From positions 568,216 to 632,215 of the forward strand of contig CAWELB010000008.1 of NCBI GenBank assembly GCA_963809805.1: DNA of 64,000 nucleotides. Direction: 5' to 3'. Source of the DNA: an uncultured Chloroflexia bacterium (GTDB lineage: Bacteria > Chloroflexota > Anaerolineae > Anaerolineales > UBA4823). The notes below the pieces were generated by a model. The model was not told the origin of the DNA. It did not search any database and saw only the letters and a list, made by a program, of their open reading frames with translations. A program made the position numbers and the translations under genes. Shown here piece by piece: positions 1-9,365 of this stretch (the stretch's first letter is position 1; each line of letters starts with the position of its first letter).

Positions 1-849
1 GAGCAACCCAAGAAAACCATAACCATTCGAGATGGTTGGTAGCAAGCGATGATATACTGCAGTAACTTGCAATGCGCCGGTCAACCCAGCAAATAAGCCA
101 CAAACAATGAACGAAAGTAACATGTATTGCCAGGTCGGAACTCCGTGGATGTATGCCGCGCGTATATTTTTACCTATCGCTTTTAGCTTCAAGCCGATAT
201 AAGTACCTCTCAATAGGAAATAAATAATGACCATACTGAGCACAGCGAATAATAATGACCATGGACTGATCTGCAAATTTGGCAGCGTCGGTAGGGATAG
301 CCGACTTGGAAAAGCCTCCGTGCCACTTAATGAAGCGACTCCAGGTCGTCTCCATGGGCCATAGATAAGCCAAAGGACGATTGCATTGGCAATAAAATTT
401 AAACCTAACCCACCAAATATTTCATTCACACCGCCAAAAGTCTTAAGGACACCAACCAGAAAAGCCCACAATATACCTCCAAATATACCTGCCATAATTG
501 ATAGAAATAAAATGATGCCGACCGGTATTGAACTGTGCTGAAATACCCGTAAAACCCCGGTCGTAAATATGGCTCCCATAATGATCTGTCCCTCGATACC
601 GATATTCCAGAGGCCTGCTGCAAAGGTTACCAATAGACCAGCAGTTGTGATTAGCAAGGGAACCCACGACACAAGGACATTGGAGATGTTACTAACAGAA
701 CCCACAATGCCAAAAATCAATTGATTATAGGCTTGCAGAGGAGGTGCACCAGTTAAAACCAGGATGATGGTTGTAAAACCAAGTGCTGCGATAATTCCTA
801 TTAATTGGAACCCAATATTAATCCAACGAGAATGTCCTTTTATCTCCAT
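1..849 (-). CDS. Nucleoside/purine ABC transporter permease (runs off the window edge)
   Basis: Not in the ORF track. ATG at 849 overlaps the ATPase stop (TAATG) and the frame is open to base 1: MEIKGHSRW...AGLWNIGIEGQ...GVNEIFGGLGLNF...GLKLKAIGKN, motifs typical of BMP-associated permeases. Confidence 0.88.
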   Translation of the reverse strand, partial: MEIKGHSRWINIGFQLIGIIAALGFTTIILVLTGAPPLQAYNQLIFGIVGSVSNISNVLVSWVPLLITTAGLLVTFAAGLWNIGIEGQIIMGAIFTTGVLRVFQHSSIPVGIILFLSIMAGIFGGILWAFLVGVLKTFGGVNEIFGGLGLNFIANAIVLWLIYGPWRRPGVASLSGTEAFPSRLSLPTLPNLQISPWSLLFAVLSMVIIYFLLRGTYIGLKLKAIGKNIRAAYIHGVPTWQYMLLSFIVCGLFAGLTGALQVTAVYHRLLPTISNGYGFLGLL

Positions 850-2339
850 TAGCTAATCCTGGATACCTGGTTTGATCCCCAGTTATTCCCACCGATTAAT
901 TCGCCAAGCTCTTCGACTGTTGTTTTGGTTGCATCCAATGGTTTTGATATCTGACCGCTAAAGAAAACCAAAATACGGTCGCTGTAATTCAATACTTCTT
1001 CCAAATCAGATGATATAAAGATAATTGCAGTACCTTCAGCGCAACGCGCTTTCAGCTTACTCCATATATCAATACCCGATTCAACATCCAGCCCCCGGGT
1101 GGGATGTTCCAGCAGCATAAGTAACAAAGAGTCCTTTAGCAACGCCAACAAGGCACGTTGTTGGTTGCCACCTGAAAGCATCTCTACATGGGTCGAATCA
1201 CGTCCCCGAATGTTATATTCCAGGATACGCTGGTTACAAACTTTTTGTGCTTGCTTTTGGTCGATAAATAAAGCTCGATTATCGTCTAAAAGTGAAAAGT
1301 GCTCACTCAAGGATAATCCAGGAATTAAACCTTCCTCCATTCTTGCTGCTGGTAAATATGCTACACCTTTCTGCAAGAAAGCGCGATAAGGGTTCCCCAG
1401 CATGGATTCATCTCTGATATAGAGTTCCCCACCCACGGGGCGCACCAGGCCAGCACATGCCCGTAAAAAAAGAGTCTGTCCACTTCCTTCCATACCTGCC
1501 AAACCAACAACTTCTCCTTCGCAAATCTCAACACTAATATCTTTCATTTTTAGCCGATAATCTTCCAAGCTTAAATTTTTGACCTTGAGCACTGGTTGTC
1601 CGGGTGGTATCTTCTGACGTTCATCTTTAAGGACCAACTTTCCAAACATTAGCGAGATCAGTTCCTCGGGATTTAAAGGGGCATCCATTTCCCCCACCAG
1701 CTCCCCCACGCGTAAGACGGCTACCCGATCACAAAGATCTCCAACATCCTCAAGTTTGTGAGAAACAAATATGATAGTTTTCCCGTCAGAGGCTAGCTTC
1801 CTTAGCGTGGAAAATAGCTTCTTCTTTTGGGGTGCGCTAATTCCTGTGGTGGGTTCGTCCATGATAAAAACTTCAGCTCCCAACCATAGCAAGCGCAAGA
1901 TTTCTAGCTGTTGGCGTTCACCTACCGTCAGTGCATCTACATAATTATCAGGATCAATATCAAAATCAAATTCACGGCAGCTATTCAAGAATTCTTTTTT
2001 TACTTGTTTCCGGTCTGGGAATATTTTCCCCGGAGCACCCATCAGGAAATTATTCAAAACCTGCATGGGTGGAAAATCTAAGGGATCCTGATGCAGCATA
2101 CCAATTCCGTGGATAATGGCATCTGCAGGAGAGAGGATTACCGCCTCTTTCCCATCCAGGAAAATCTCTCCCCGGTCTGCTTGATAAAATCCGGAGAGGA
2201 TTTTCATTAGAGTGCTCTTACCAGCACCATTTTCTCCAAGAATTCCTTGGATTTTTCCCGAACGAAAAGTAAGATTTAGTCCCTTATTCGCGTAAACTGG
2301 ACCGAAGCTTTTATGGATTTCGCGTAGCTCAACATTCAT
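849..2339 (-). CDS. ABC transporter ATP-binding protein, two ATPase domains (nucleoside/CUT2 type)
   Basis: GENGAGKST Walker A, MDEPT, second-domain LSGGNQQ. Start moved to ATG 2339 (MNVELREIHK) because the upstream extension is a hairpin. Confidence 0.92.
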   Translation of the reverse strand: MNVELREIHKSFGPVYANKGLNLTFRSGKIQGILGENGAGKSTLMKILSGFYQADRGEIFLDGKEAVILSPADAIIHGIGMLHQDPLDFPPMQVLNNFLMGAPGKIFPDRKQVKKEFLNSCREFDFDIDPDNYVDALTVGERQQLEILRLLWLGAEVFIMDEPTTGISAPQKKKLFSTLRKLASDGKTIIFVSHKLEDVGDLCDRVAVLRVGELVGEMDAPLNPEELISLMFGKLVLKDERQKIPPGQPVLKVKNLSLEDYRLKMKDISVEICEGEVVGLAGMEGSGQTLFLRACAGLVRPVGGELYIRDESMLGNPYRAFLQKGVAYLPAARMEEGLIPGLSLSEHFSLLDDNRALFIDQKQAQKVCNQRILEYNIRGRDSTHVEMLSGGNQQRALLALLKDSLLLMLLEHPTRGLDVESGIDIWSKLKARCAEGTAIIFISSDLEEVLNYSDRILVFFSGQISKPLDATKTTVEELGELIGGNNWGSNQVSRIS

Positions 2340-2354
2340 TGGATGATTTCGAAA

Positions 2355-2380
2355 TGGGGGAAGCCATCCGGCTTCCCCCA
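2355..2380 (-). terminator. Intergenic stem-loop after the BMP gene (mRNA stabiliser or partial terminator)
   Basis: TGGGGGAAGCC-atcc-GGCTTCCCCCA, perfect 11-bp stem, no clear U-tract. Confidence 0.6.
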
Positions 2381-2393
2381 AGTATCAGTGGGA

Positions 2394-3635
2394 TTATTTA
2401 CTGTTACCGAGCATACCTTCAAGTAGTTGGGGAGCATACCAAACTTGCTGGTCGGTGGCAACCTCGCCATCTTTTAGAAATACCGATCCATCCTGCAAGT
2501 TAAGTGGACCTGTCCAAAGATTCAAGCCACCACCTAAATCAGTTATAAATTTTTGAAGCGTGGTTGTGTTTTCGGCGCTTAGTGCCTCGCCGATATTAAA
2601 ACCAACGGCACCGCTATCAGGGTTATTGAAGTTTGCCCAATCTGGTGCGTTCCATTCAAAATGAGGTTTCCAGGTGCCAGCTGCAATTTCCTGGGCGTTC
2701 TTTAGCATCGCTGGACCCCAATTAAAATACGGCACTCCCAAACATACTGATGGAGCCTGGGAGCACGCGTTATTATAATCATACGGAATGGCAAATACTG
2801 TCTTACCTGCATCTGTCATTTTCTTAGCTTCTACCAGTGCTTCAGTAGTGTCAATACCCGAAATCACTACATCGAAATCATTGTTAAAGAAATCGTCTGC
2901 AACCTGGGTTGGGTCGAGGGTTTGTCCAGGGATGTTAAACCAGTTCCCGATCCAGGTTACGCTGAAGGTCAGGTCGCTGGCATTTTTATTCAACACCTTG
3001 GTCCAACAATATTTCGCTCCAAGAAATGCCGAATCTGCGAGACGACGGGTCTCTGAGTTGATCAGTGGGCCTAAGAAGCCGATCTTGCCGGTCTTGGTGG
3101 TCAGGGCAGCTGCGCAACCAGCAACTTCCTTCATATATTCCATACGACCCATGATATTGATCATATTGGGAATATTCTTGTAATTTTCACCATCTGTCCA
3201 ATTTTGATCACCTGAAAGCATGATCGTTGGGATAGTTGGATTTGCTGCGGCAAATGTATTCGAATCATCCATAAAACTATCTGAGTTAAAGATGATTACG
3301 TTCGCGCCCTGAGTCAGCAATTGTTCAGCCTGTTGGGCTGGAGTGGTTTTTTGAGTGAAAGCATTGTCGATATAAACTAACTTCGTGCCAGGTATCTTGT
3401 TCACAACATACTGGGCACCATCATAAGTTGCCTGGCTCCAACCACTATCGTTATAGGGACCTACAAGGATCATCCCTAAGGTCAACGCGGTTTGAGCCTG
3501 GGTTGGGCTGGGTGCTTCGGTTGATGGGGCTGTCGTGGGTGGGGTTGTAGTTGTTGTAGCTGTCTGGCAAGCCGATATGATCATGACAAACACAAGCATA
3601 AATGTGGTGATTAGTGTTACTTTATTTCTGGACAT
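2394..3635 (-). CDS. BMP-family ABC substrate-binding lipoprotein (purine nucleoside type)
   Basis: Lipobox IISAC, Thr/Pro linker, GPYNDSGWSQA, TGKIGFLG, WIGNWF; SD GGAGGAG. Confidence 0.88.
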   Translation of the reverse strand: MSRNKVTLITTFMLVFVMIISACQTATTTTTPPTTAPSTEAPSPTQAQTALTLGMILVGPYNDSGWSQATYDGAQYVVNKIPGTKLVYIDNAFTQKTTPAQQAEQLLTQGANVIIFNSDSFMDDSNTFAAANPTIPTIMLSGDQNWTDGENYKNIPNMINIMGRMEYMKEVAGCAAALTTKTGKIGFLGPLINSETRRLADSAFLGAKYCWTKVLNKNASDLTFSVTWIGNWFNIPGQTLDPTQVADDFFNNDFDVVISGIDTTEALVEAKKMTDAGKTVFAIPYDYNNACSQAPSVCLGVPYFNWGPAMLKNAQEIAAGTWKPHFEWNAPDWANFNNPDSGAVGFNIGEALSAENTTTLQKFITDLGGGLNLWTGPLNLQDGSVFLKDGEVATDQQVWYAPQLLEGMLGNSK

Positions 3636-3716
3636 AAAGAACTCCTCCTGTAAAATTATGATTGATTATCGCGCAATTTGATCTGTATTCAAACGGATGC
3701 AAATCTGGCAGTGTAC

Positions 3717-3724
3717 CACCTCCT
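3717..3724 (-). promoter_or_regulatory. Orphan Shine-Dalgarno AGGAGGTG about 80 nt upstream of the BMP start (STAB-SD-like)
   Basis: Perfect SD with no ATG/GTG/TTG at the usual spacing; the gene has its own SD. Confidence 0.4.
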
Positions 3725-3799
3725 GATTGTGGGATTATTTATAGAGATAAATAATGTTTCTCGCCAATATACTGCCTAATTTTACACTACATCAATTAA

Positions 3800-4768
3800 T
3801 TAATGCACAATCCAGGTGCCAGTTTCTCCACGTAATGCACGACCAATATTTTCAGGGCTGGTGATCAAGGCTTGCTTGCCACCTGCTTCTAGATACCAGA
3901 TGATCGCTTGAATCTTAGGAGCCATCGAACCTTTGGCAAAGTGGATCCCCTCAGCCAGGTATTGTTTTGCTTCAAGCAGCGTCATTCGATCCAGCCATTG
4001 CTCATTCGGCTTACCAAAATTGATCGCAACTTTTTCCACTGCAGTAGAGATCAGGAATAAATCCGCATTGATCGCTCTTGCCAGCAAGCTGCTGGCAAAA
4101 TCCTTATCAATGACTGCAGCTACACCCTTATACGTTCCATCTCCTGTATCGATGACCGGTATACCACCACCTCCGACAGTGATTACCACCACTCCAGCGT
4201 CCAATAGCGCTTTCACAGTGTCCAGCTCTACTACTTCCTCTGGTTGTGGCGATGCAACCACTCTGCGCCAACCCCGTCCTGCATCCTCTGTGACTGTCCA
4301 ACCCATGTCTGTTGCTCGGCGTTTGGCTTCTGATTCATCCATGAATCCACCGATTGGCTTGGAAGGATTTTGGAAAGCATTATCATTTCTATTCACCAAA
4401 ACCTGGGTAATAACCGTTGCGACATTTTTCTTAATGTTTCGTTTAAAAAGCTCATTCTGCAGGGTTTGCTGTAGAGCATAGCCGATCGCACCCTGGCTAT
4501 CTGCTCCGCACACATCCAAAGGAATTTCATGCATACCTTCCACCCGCGCAGCAATTTCCGAACGGCGTAGAATAAATCCCACCTGGGGTCCATTCCCATG
4601 ACCGATGGCAACATCCCAACCAGCTTCGATCATATCTGCGATGTGAAAGGTGGTTTCTTTGGAAGCCTGATATTGATCTTCGACCGTTTTATGTTTCTCG
4701 TCTTTGATCAGGGAATTACCACCAATCGCTACTACTGCTATTTTTCGTTGTTTGTCATTCATATCCAT
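3800..4768 (-). CDS. arcC: Carbamate kinase
   Basis: VAIGGNSL, HGNGPQVG, EDAGRGWRRVVASP, GGGGIPV, AVIDKD, GSMAPK. Confidence 0.96.
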   Translation of the reverse strand: MDMNDKQRKIAVVAIGGNSLIKDEKHKTVEDQYQASKETTFHIADMIEAGWDVAIGHGNGPQVGFILRRSEIAARVEGMHEIPLDVCGADSQGAIGYALQQTLQNELFKRNIKKNVATVITQVLVNRNDNAFQNPSKPIGGFMDESEAKRRATDMGWTVTEDAGRGWRRVVASPQPEEVVELDTVKALLDAGVVVITVGGGGIPVIDTGDGTYKGVAAVIDKDFASSLLARAINADLFLISTAVEKVAINFGKPNEQWLDRMTLLEAKQYLAEGIHFAKGSMAPKIQAIIWYLEAGGKQALITSPENIGRALRGETGTWIVH

Positions 4769-4773
4769 CCCCT

Positions 4774-5754
4774 TTATTTCATGGTCAATGCCATTACCGC
4801 TTTTTGTGCATGCATACGGTTTTCGGCTTCATCATAAACAACGGATTGTTGGCCATCGATGACACCATCAGTAACTTCGATATTCCGATCTGCAGGCAAC
4901 GGGTGCATGTAGATCGCATCCCGCTTGGCTAAAGCCATTTTTCTCTCATCAGTGATCCAATTTTGGTATTTGCTGATGATCTTTGCACCCTCATTGGGAT
5001 CTGGTGTATGCACCATCGCACCCCAAGACTTGGCATAAATAATGTCGGCATCTTTGAATGCGGCTTCCATATCATCCATGATCTCAAAATTGGTCCCATA
5101 TTTTTTAGCTTGTTCTTGAGCTTGATCCATAATCTCAGGCATAAGCCGAAATTCTGGAGGATGGGCAAGGACGACGTCTAACCCGAACCTTGGCATTTGT
5201 AGCACTAAAGACTGGGGCACTGACATTGGTTTTTGGTAGGAAGCTGCATAAGCCCAACTGACCACCATCTTCTTCTTGTGTAAATCAGGCCCTTTCTTTT
5301 CAACAATCGTCATGAGGTCTGCCAGGCATTGAAACGGATGGAAAATATCGCATTGCATATTGAGGACGGGCACTCGTGAAGCTTTTGCTACTGCGTTGAG
5401 ATATTTATTCCCGATCTCCCAATCCACATGCCGGATCGCAATTCCGTCAAAATACCGCCCAAATATTTCACCGATTTCCTTGGGGGTATCGCCATGCGCA
5501 ATTTGTGTAGATTTACTTTCGATAAACGCCGCATGCCCACCTAGCTGAGCCATTCCTGCTTCGAAAGATCCCCGGGTACGTGTGCTGGAGAAGAAGAACA
5601 ACATCGCCAACACTTTATCCCGTAAATATGCATGGGGTTCGCCAAGCGCTCGTTTTCGTTTAAGGTCAAAAGCTACTTCTAATACGGTTTCAACTTCTTC
5701 TTTCGAGAAATCCAGATCACTAATTAAGTCTCTATTTCGTAGATCTGTTTGCAT
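4774..5754 (-). CDS. YgeW-like (knotted-type) catabolic carbamoyltransferase
   Basis: SSTRT, HPFQ, MHPLPAD. SWAYAASYQKPMSVPQ resembles the YgeW WAYSPSYGKPLSVPQ loop; KSWG is present and the OTCase DxxxSMG motif is absent. Confidence 0.8.
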   Translation of the reverse strand: MQTDLRNRDLISDLDFSKEEVETVLEVAFDLKRKRALGEPHAYLRDKVLAMLFFFSSTRTRGSFEAGMAQLGGHAAFIESKSTQIAHGDTPKEIGEIFGRYFDGIAIRHVDWEIGNKYLNAVAKASRVPVLNMQCDIFHPFQCLADLMTIVEKKGPDLHKKKMVVSWAYAASYQKPMSVPQSLVLQMPRFGLDVVLAHPPEFRLMPEIMDQAQEQAKKYGTNFEIMDDMEAAFKDADIIYAKSWGAMVHTPDPNEGAKIISKYQNWITDERKMALAKRDAIYMHPLPADRNIEVTDGVIDGQQSVVYDEAENRMHAQKAVMALTMK

Positions 5755-5819
5755 CGCTAACTCCTTAACTCAATTATTCTATAACCAGCTTTATCGATAT
5801 ATAGAATGCCTGATGAAAC

Positions 5820-6770
5820 TTACTCCATCGCCCCGAGTACAAGCGCTAATAAGGCCATACGGACAACCACTCCATTAAATGCCTCTACCCAATATCTCTG
5901 ATGGCGAGTATCATCAACTTCAACAGAAAGCTCGTCCATGCGCGGGAGAGAGTGCAGGATAATCGAGTCCTGAGGTGCCTTGCGCATCAGATCCCGGGTA
6001 ACTTTATAATTATCAGGTGTCATGCCAACCGAGGCTCCCCGTTCGTCACGCGCTTTGGTATAGTCAGGTTGGACTACCGGTTCCATGTAGATGACATCAG
6101 CTTCTGCAATTGCCTGATCGACGTGCTCAATTTCCTTGAAATTCAGATTCAAGTCGATTAATTCCTTCTTGAAATCCTCAGTTAAACTCATCTCCGGAGG
6201 AGACACAAAGAATGCGTTGATATCAAATTGTGACATTGCATACGAGATGCTATGCATCGTCCGCATACGCATGTCCCCGATGAGCAGGAAGTTAAGCCCG
6301 TCGAGAGTCCCTTTTTCATTCAGTATTGTGTATAGATCAGTTAAAACCTGGGTCGGGTGTTCACCCCAGCCATCACCGGCATTGATTACAGGTATGCTCG
6401 CCCATTTCGCCGCCTCGTGCGGAGCACCTTGCTGAAAATGGCGCATCACCAGAACATCCCCGTAGAACTCCAGCATCCGGACAGTATCCTTGATCGATTC
6501 CTGATAAAAATCGCCGGCACGCGTGTTTTTCACGTCTGAAAAACCTAAGACATGCCCACCCAACCGGTGCATGGCGGCTTCGTGAGCTAAACGCGTACGT
6601 GTACTGGGTTGATAAAATGCTGTAACCAGTGTTTTATCTTTTAGTAAGTCGGTATTGCGACGATCTCGAGCAATTGGAAGTAATTCATCTGCTACTTCGA
6701 ATACCCGGAAAAATTCCTCCCTGCCAAAATTCTTAAGTGACAGGATATCCCTTCCCATAAAACTACGCAT
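5820..6770 (-). CDS. Pseudo-aspartate carbamoyltransferase (ATCase-like, altered substrate site)
   Basis: PSTRTR, NAGDG, HPTQ and GDMRMRTMHS retained, but YMEPVVQ replaces YMTRxQxER and HSLPR replaces HPLPR. Confidence 0.82.
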   Translation of the reverse strand: MRSFMGRDILSLKNFGREEFFRVFEVADELLPIARDRRNTDLLKDKTLVTAFYQPSTRTRLAHEAAMHRLGGHVLGFSDVKNTRAGDFYQESIKDTVRMLEFYGDVLVMRHFQQGAPHEAAKWASIPVINAGDGWGEHPTQVLTDLYTILNEKGTLDGLNFLLIGDMRMRTMHSISYAMSQFDINAFFVSPPEMSLTEDFKKELIDLNLNFKEIEHVDQAIAEADVIYMEPVVQPDYTKARDERGASVGMTPDNYKVTRDLMRKAPQDSIILHSLPRMDELSVEVDDTRHQRYWVEAFNGVVVRMALLALVLGAME

Positions 6771-6843
6771 TTTTATTTCTCCTTTTTCCCATTATGTGGT
6801 TTATATTATTGATGACTATACGCAAATTGCTATATTAATTACT

Positions 6844-7569
6844 TCATCCAATTCTTCGAATCACATGAAAATTAAAATATCCGGGTAGAAAATAACTGTA
6901 TGAATAATCCACCACTCGTCCATCTGTGCTGTATAGATAGGCGATAAATCGTAACAGCACATCCCCACGTTGAATTCGCAATGCTTTAGCAACCTCAGAT
7001 TGCGCTTGAACTGCATTGATCTCACATCGCGATGACACTAATCCAGGAATCCCTCGCTTCAAGAGAAAATCCAGTATCGAGCCTGTAAAACCTTGGTTTA
7101 ATTCTTCGGTTGGAAGCTCATCTTCCGGTATGATGTCAATCAAATAGGCAACCGGCCTTCCCTCTGCCTGGATAACCCTGGAAACATTAACCACTCCATC
7201 ATGCAGATTAATTGATAAGGCTTTGGCAAATTCCTCACTCGCCGGTTGATGGCTAATCTTGATCTCCCCAGTAGTCACTTCCAAACCGATCCGCTTGGAT
7301 AGAGTCTCAATGCTTTCCAGAACTTCCAGGCCAGAATCGATTATTTGCGAAGGATGTATCACGAATGTCCCCGATCCCTGGTGCCGATATATCAATCCTT
7401 GGGTCTCAAATGTGCGCATCGCTTCCCGTAAAGTCGCTCTTGAAACGCTCAGCTGCTTTGCCAGGGCTGGCTCAGTCAACAAACGCTCACCTGGAGCTGT
7501 TTCAGCAATTATCCTGCCTAATTCCTCGTGTAATCGTTGCGATGTTGAAATTCCATTCTTGTTTATCAT
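6844..7569 (-). CDS. GntR-family regulator, HutC/UTRA subfamily
   Basis: EPALAKQLSVSRATLREA...QGSGTFV winged HTH; UTRA-like C-terminus. Confidence 0.92.
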   Translation of the reverse strand: MINKNGISTSQRLHEELGRIIAETAPGERLLTEPALAKQLSVSRATLREAMRTFETQGLIYRHQGSGTFVIHPSQIIDSGLEVLESIETLSKRIGLEVTTGEIKISHQPASEEFAKALSINLHDGVVNVSRVIQAEGRPVAYLIDIIPEDELPTEELNQGFTGSILDFLLKRGIPGLVSSRCEINAVQAQSEVAKALRIQRGDVLLRFIAYLYSTDGRVVDYSYSYFLPGYFNFHVIRRIG

Positions 7570-7580
7570 GATCAGCCTCG

Positions 7581-9365
7581 TTATTCTAGAACCGGGATAA
7601 ATTCAAACCGATTGACATCTACCAATCCAAGATCCGATATACGTAGCTCAGGAATGACTACCAGGGCCAGTAAGCTCAATTGCATATTCGGATTGTTCAG
7701 CTGGCAGCCACATGCCTTAAACCCATCCAGGACAGTCTTCGCTTTCTTTGCTACGATCTCAGCGCATTCATTCGACATTAACCCCGCTATGGGGAGCTCT
7801 ACTTGCCCCACGATTTCCCCATTTCGAACTACAATCTGCCCTCCTCCCAATTTAGCCAGCTCATTGGCTGCTTTGGTCATATCCGCATCATTCGTTCCAA
7901 CCACGATCATATGGTGGCTATCGTGTGCAACGGTTGTAGCGATTGCACAGGGGGTGTTGAACCCAAAACCTGTGACCAGACCTACTTGTACACCACCAGT
8001 TGCTTTATGCCGTTCCACTACTGCGATTTTGGCAAGGTCACGCCCCATATTCGCTTGAATTTCACCTGCTTTTGTTTGTACTGATAATCGTAAATGCCGC
8101 GTCGGAGCCTGGTTTTCAATAATTCCAATTACATTAGCAGTGTAACTTCCTTCGTCTGGAGCAATCAACCGAAAATCATTCACAGTTAATGGATGCCCTA
8201 TATGCACCGAATCGACCGACCAGTCAGGATATGGATAGTTTGGCAGCTCAATGGATATGCTTCCCTTTTCGCTGATCATCTTACCTTTAGCAATCACAAT
8301 TTCAGCTTTGAGAGTGGATAAATCACTCGTAATCAGAATATCACCATATCTGTCCGGAGCGATCATGCCAACATCGTGAGCCACCCCAAAATGTTCGGCA
8401 GGATTAATAGTTACCATCTGAATCGCAGTCAAAGGTTCCAACCCATGAGAAATTGCTTCCTTGACGGCTCTATTCACATGCCCTTCATCCACCAAGGTTT
8501 CACAATGTGAATCGTCTGTGCACAGGATAAAATGCCTGGGATCCATCCCTTGCTCGGTGACTGCCTTTACCTGAGATGCCACATCATGCCAAGCTGAACC
8601 AAAACGCAGCATAGCTTTCATCCCCTGGCGCACCCTCATTACTGCATCTTCCAGGCGCGTTCCTTCGTGATCGTCTTCAGGTCCGCCGGCTACATACCCA
8701 TGGAAAGGTAATCCCAAATCTGGAGAAGCATAATGCCCACCTATCACCTTGCCAGATTTACGGGCTTCAGCCATTTCTGCATGCATCTTTTCGTCTCCCA
8801 GGAATACCCCAGGGAAATTCATCACCTCTCCCAAACCGATCACCCCATCCCAGCTCATTGCCTCCGCCACTTCGGCTGGTCCTAGCGTTACTCCAGGTGT
8901 CTCAAGCCCAGGTGCAGACGGTACGCAGGACGGCATCTGGACCCACACATGGATAGGCTGGACAGACGCTTCCTCGACCATTAATCGCACACCTTTGAGA
9001 CCAAAGACATTCGCAATTTCATGCGGGTCGACGAACATGGCCGTAGTACCATAGGGGATCACCGCTCGGACAAATTCAGTAACTGTTAACATACCTGACT
9101 CAATATGCATATGCCCATCAAGCAACCCCGGTACCAGGAAACGATCATTAGCATCAATTATTTTTGTCTGGTCGCCAATTGTGTGGTCAGCATTTTCTCC
9201 CACGTATGCAATTCTTTCGCCAATAATGGCGATATCCGTTCCTGGGATGATTTCGCCTGACTGAACACATACCCAACGCCCGTTCCTGATAACCAGATCA
9301 GCGGATTTTCTACCCATCGCTACATCCACGAGAGACCTGCTGATTGAAGCGTCAATTGCTCCCAT
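7581..9365 (-). CDS. ade: Adenine deaminase
   Basis: DGHMHIES, DPHEIANV, LGEVMNFPG, DHEG, CTDD, AHDSHH, LPIAGLMS. Confidence 0.93.
   Translation of the reverse strand: MGAIDASISRSLVDVAMGRKSADLVIRNGRWVCVQSGEIIPGTDIAIIGERIAYVGENADHTIGDQTKIIDANDRFLVPGLLDGHMHIESGMLTVTEFVRAVIPYGTTAMFVDPHEIANVFGLKGVRLMVEEASVQPIHVWVQMPSCVPSAPGLETPGVTLGPAEVAEAMSWDGVIGLGEVMNFPGVFLGDEKMHAEMAEARKSGKVIGGHYASPDLGLPFHGYVAGGPEDDHEGTRLEDAVMRVRQGMKAMLRFGSAWHDVASQVKAVTEQGMDPRHFILCTDDSHCETLVDEGHVNRAVKEAISHGLEPLTAIQMVTINPAEHFGVAHDVGMIAPDRYGDILITSDLSTLKAEIVIAKGKMISEKGSISIELPNYPYPDWSVDSVHIGHPLTVNDFRLIAPDEGSYTANVIGIIENQAPTRHLRLSVQTKAGEIQANMGRDLAKIAVVERHKATGGVQVGLVTGFGFNTPCAIATTVAHDSHHMIVVGTNDADMTKAANELAKLGGGQIVVRNGEIVGQVELPIAGLMSNECAEIVAKKAKTVLDGFKACGCQLNNPNMQLSLLALVVIPELRISDLGLVDVNRFEFIPVLE

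Noticed and set aside
3636-3800. Purine riboswitch upstream of the BMP transporter
   Set aside because: No purine-aptamer core or P1-P3 layout is recognisable here or upstream of 10743.
4774-6770. argF + pyrB biosynthetic annotation, or an arginine deiminase pathway
   Set aside because: The ornithine-binding SMG motif and aspartate-binding RxQxER motif are absent, there is no arcA, and the context is purine catabolism.
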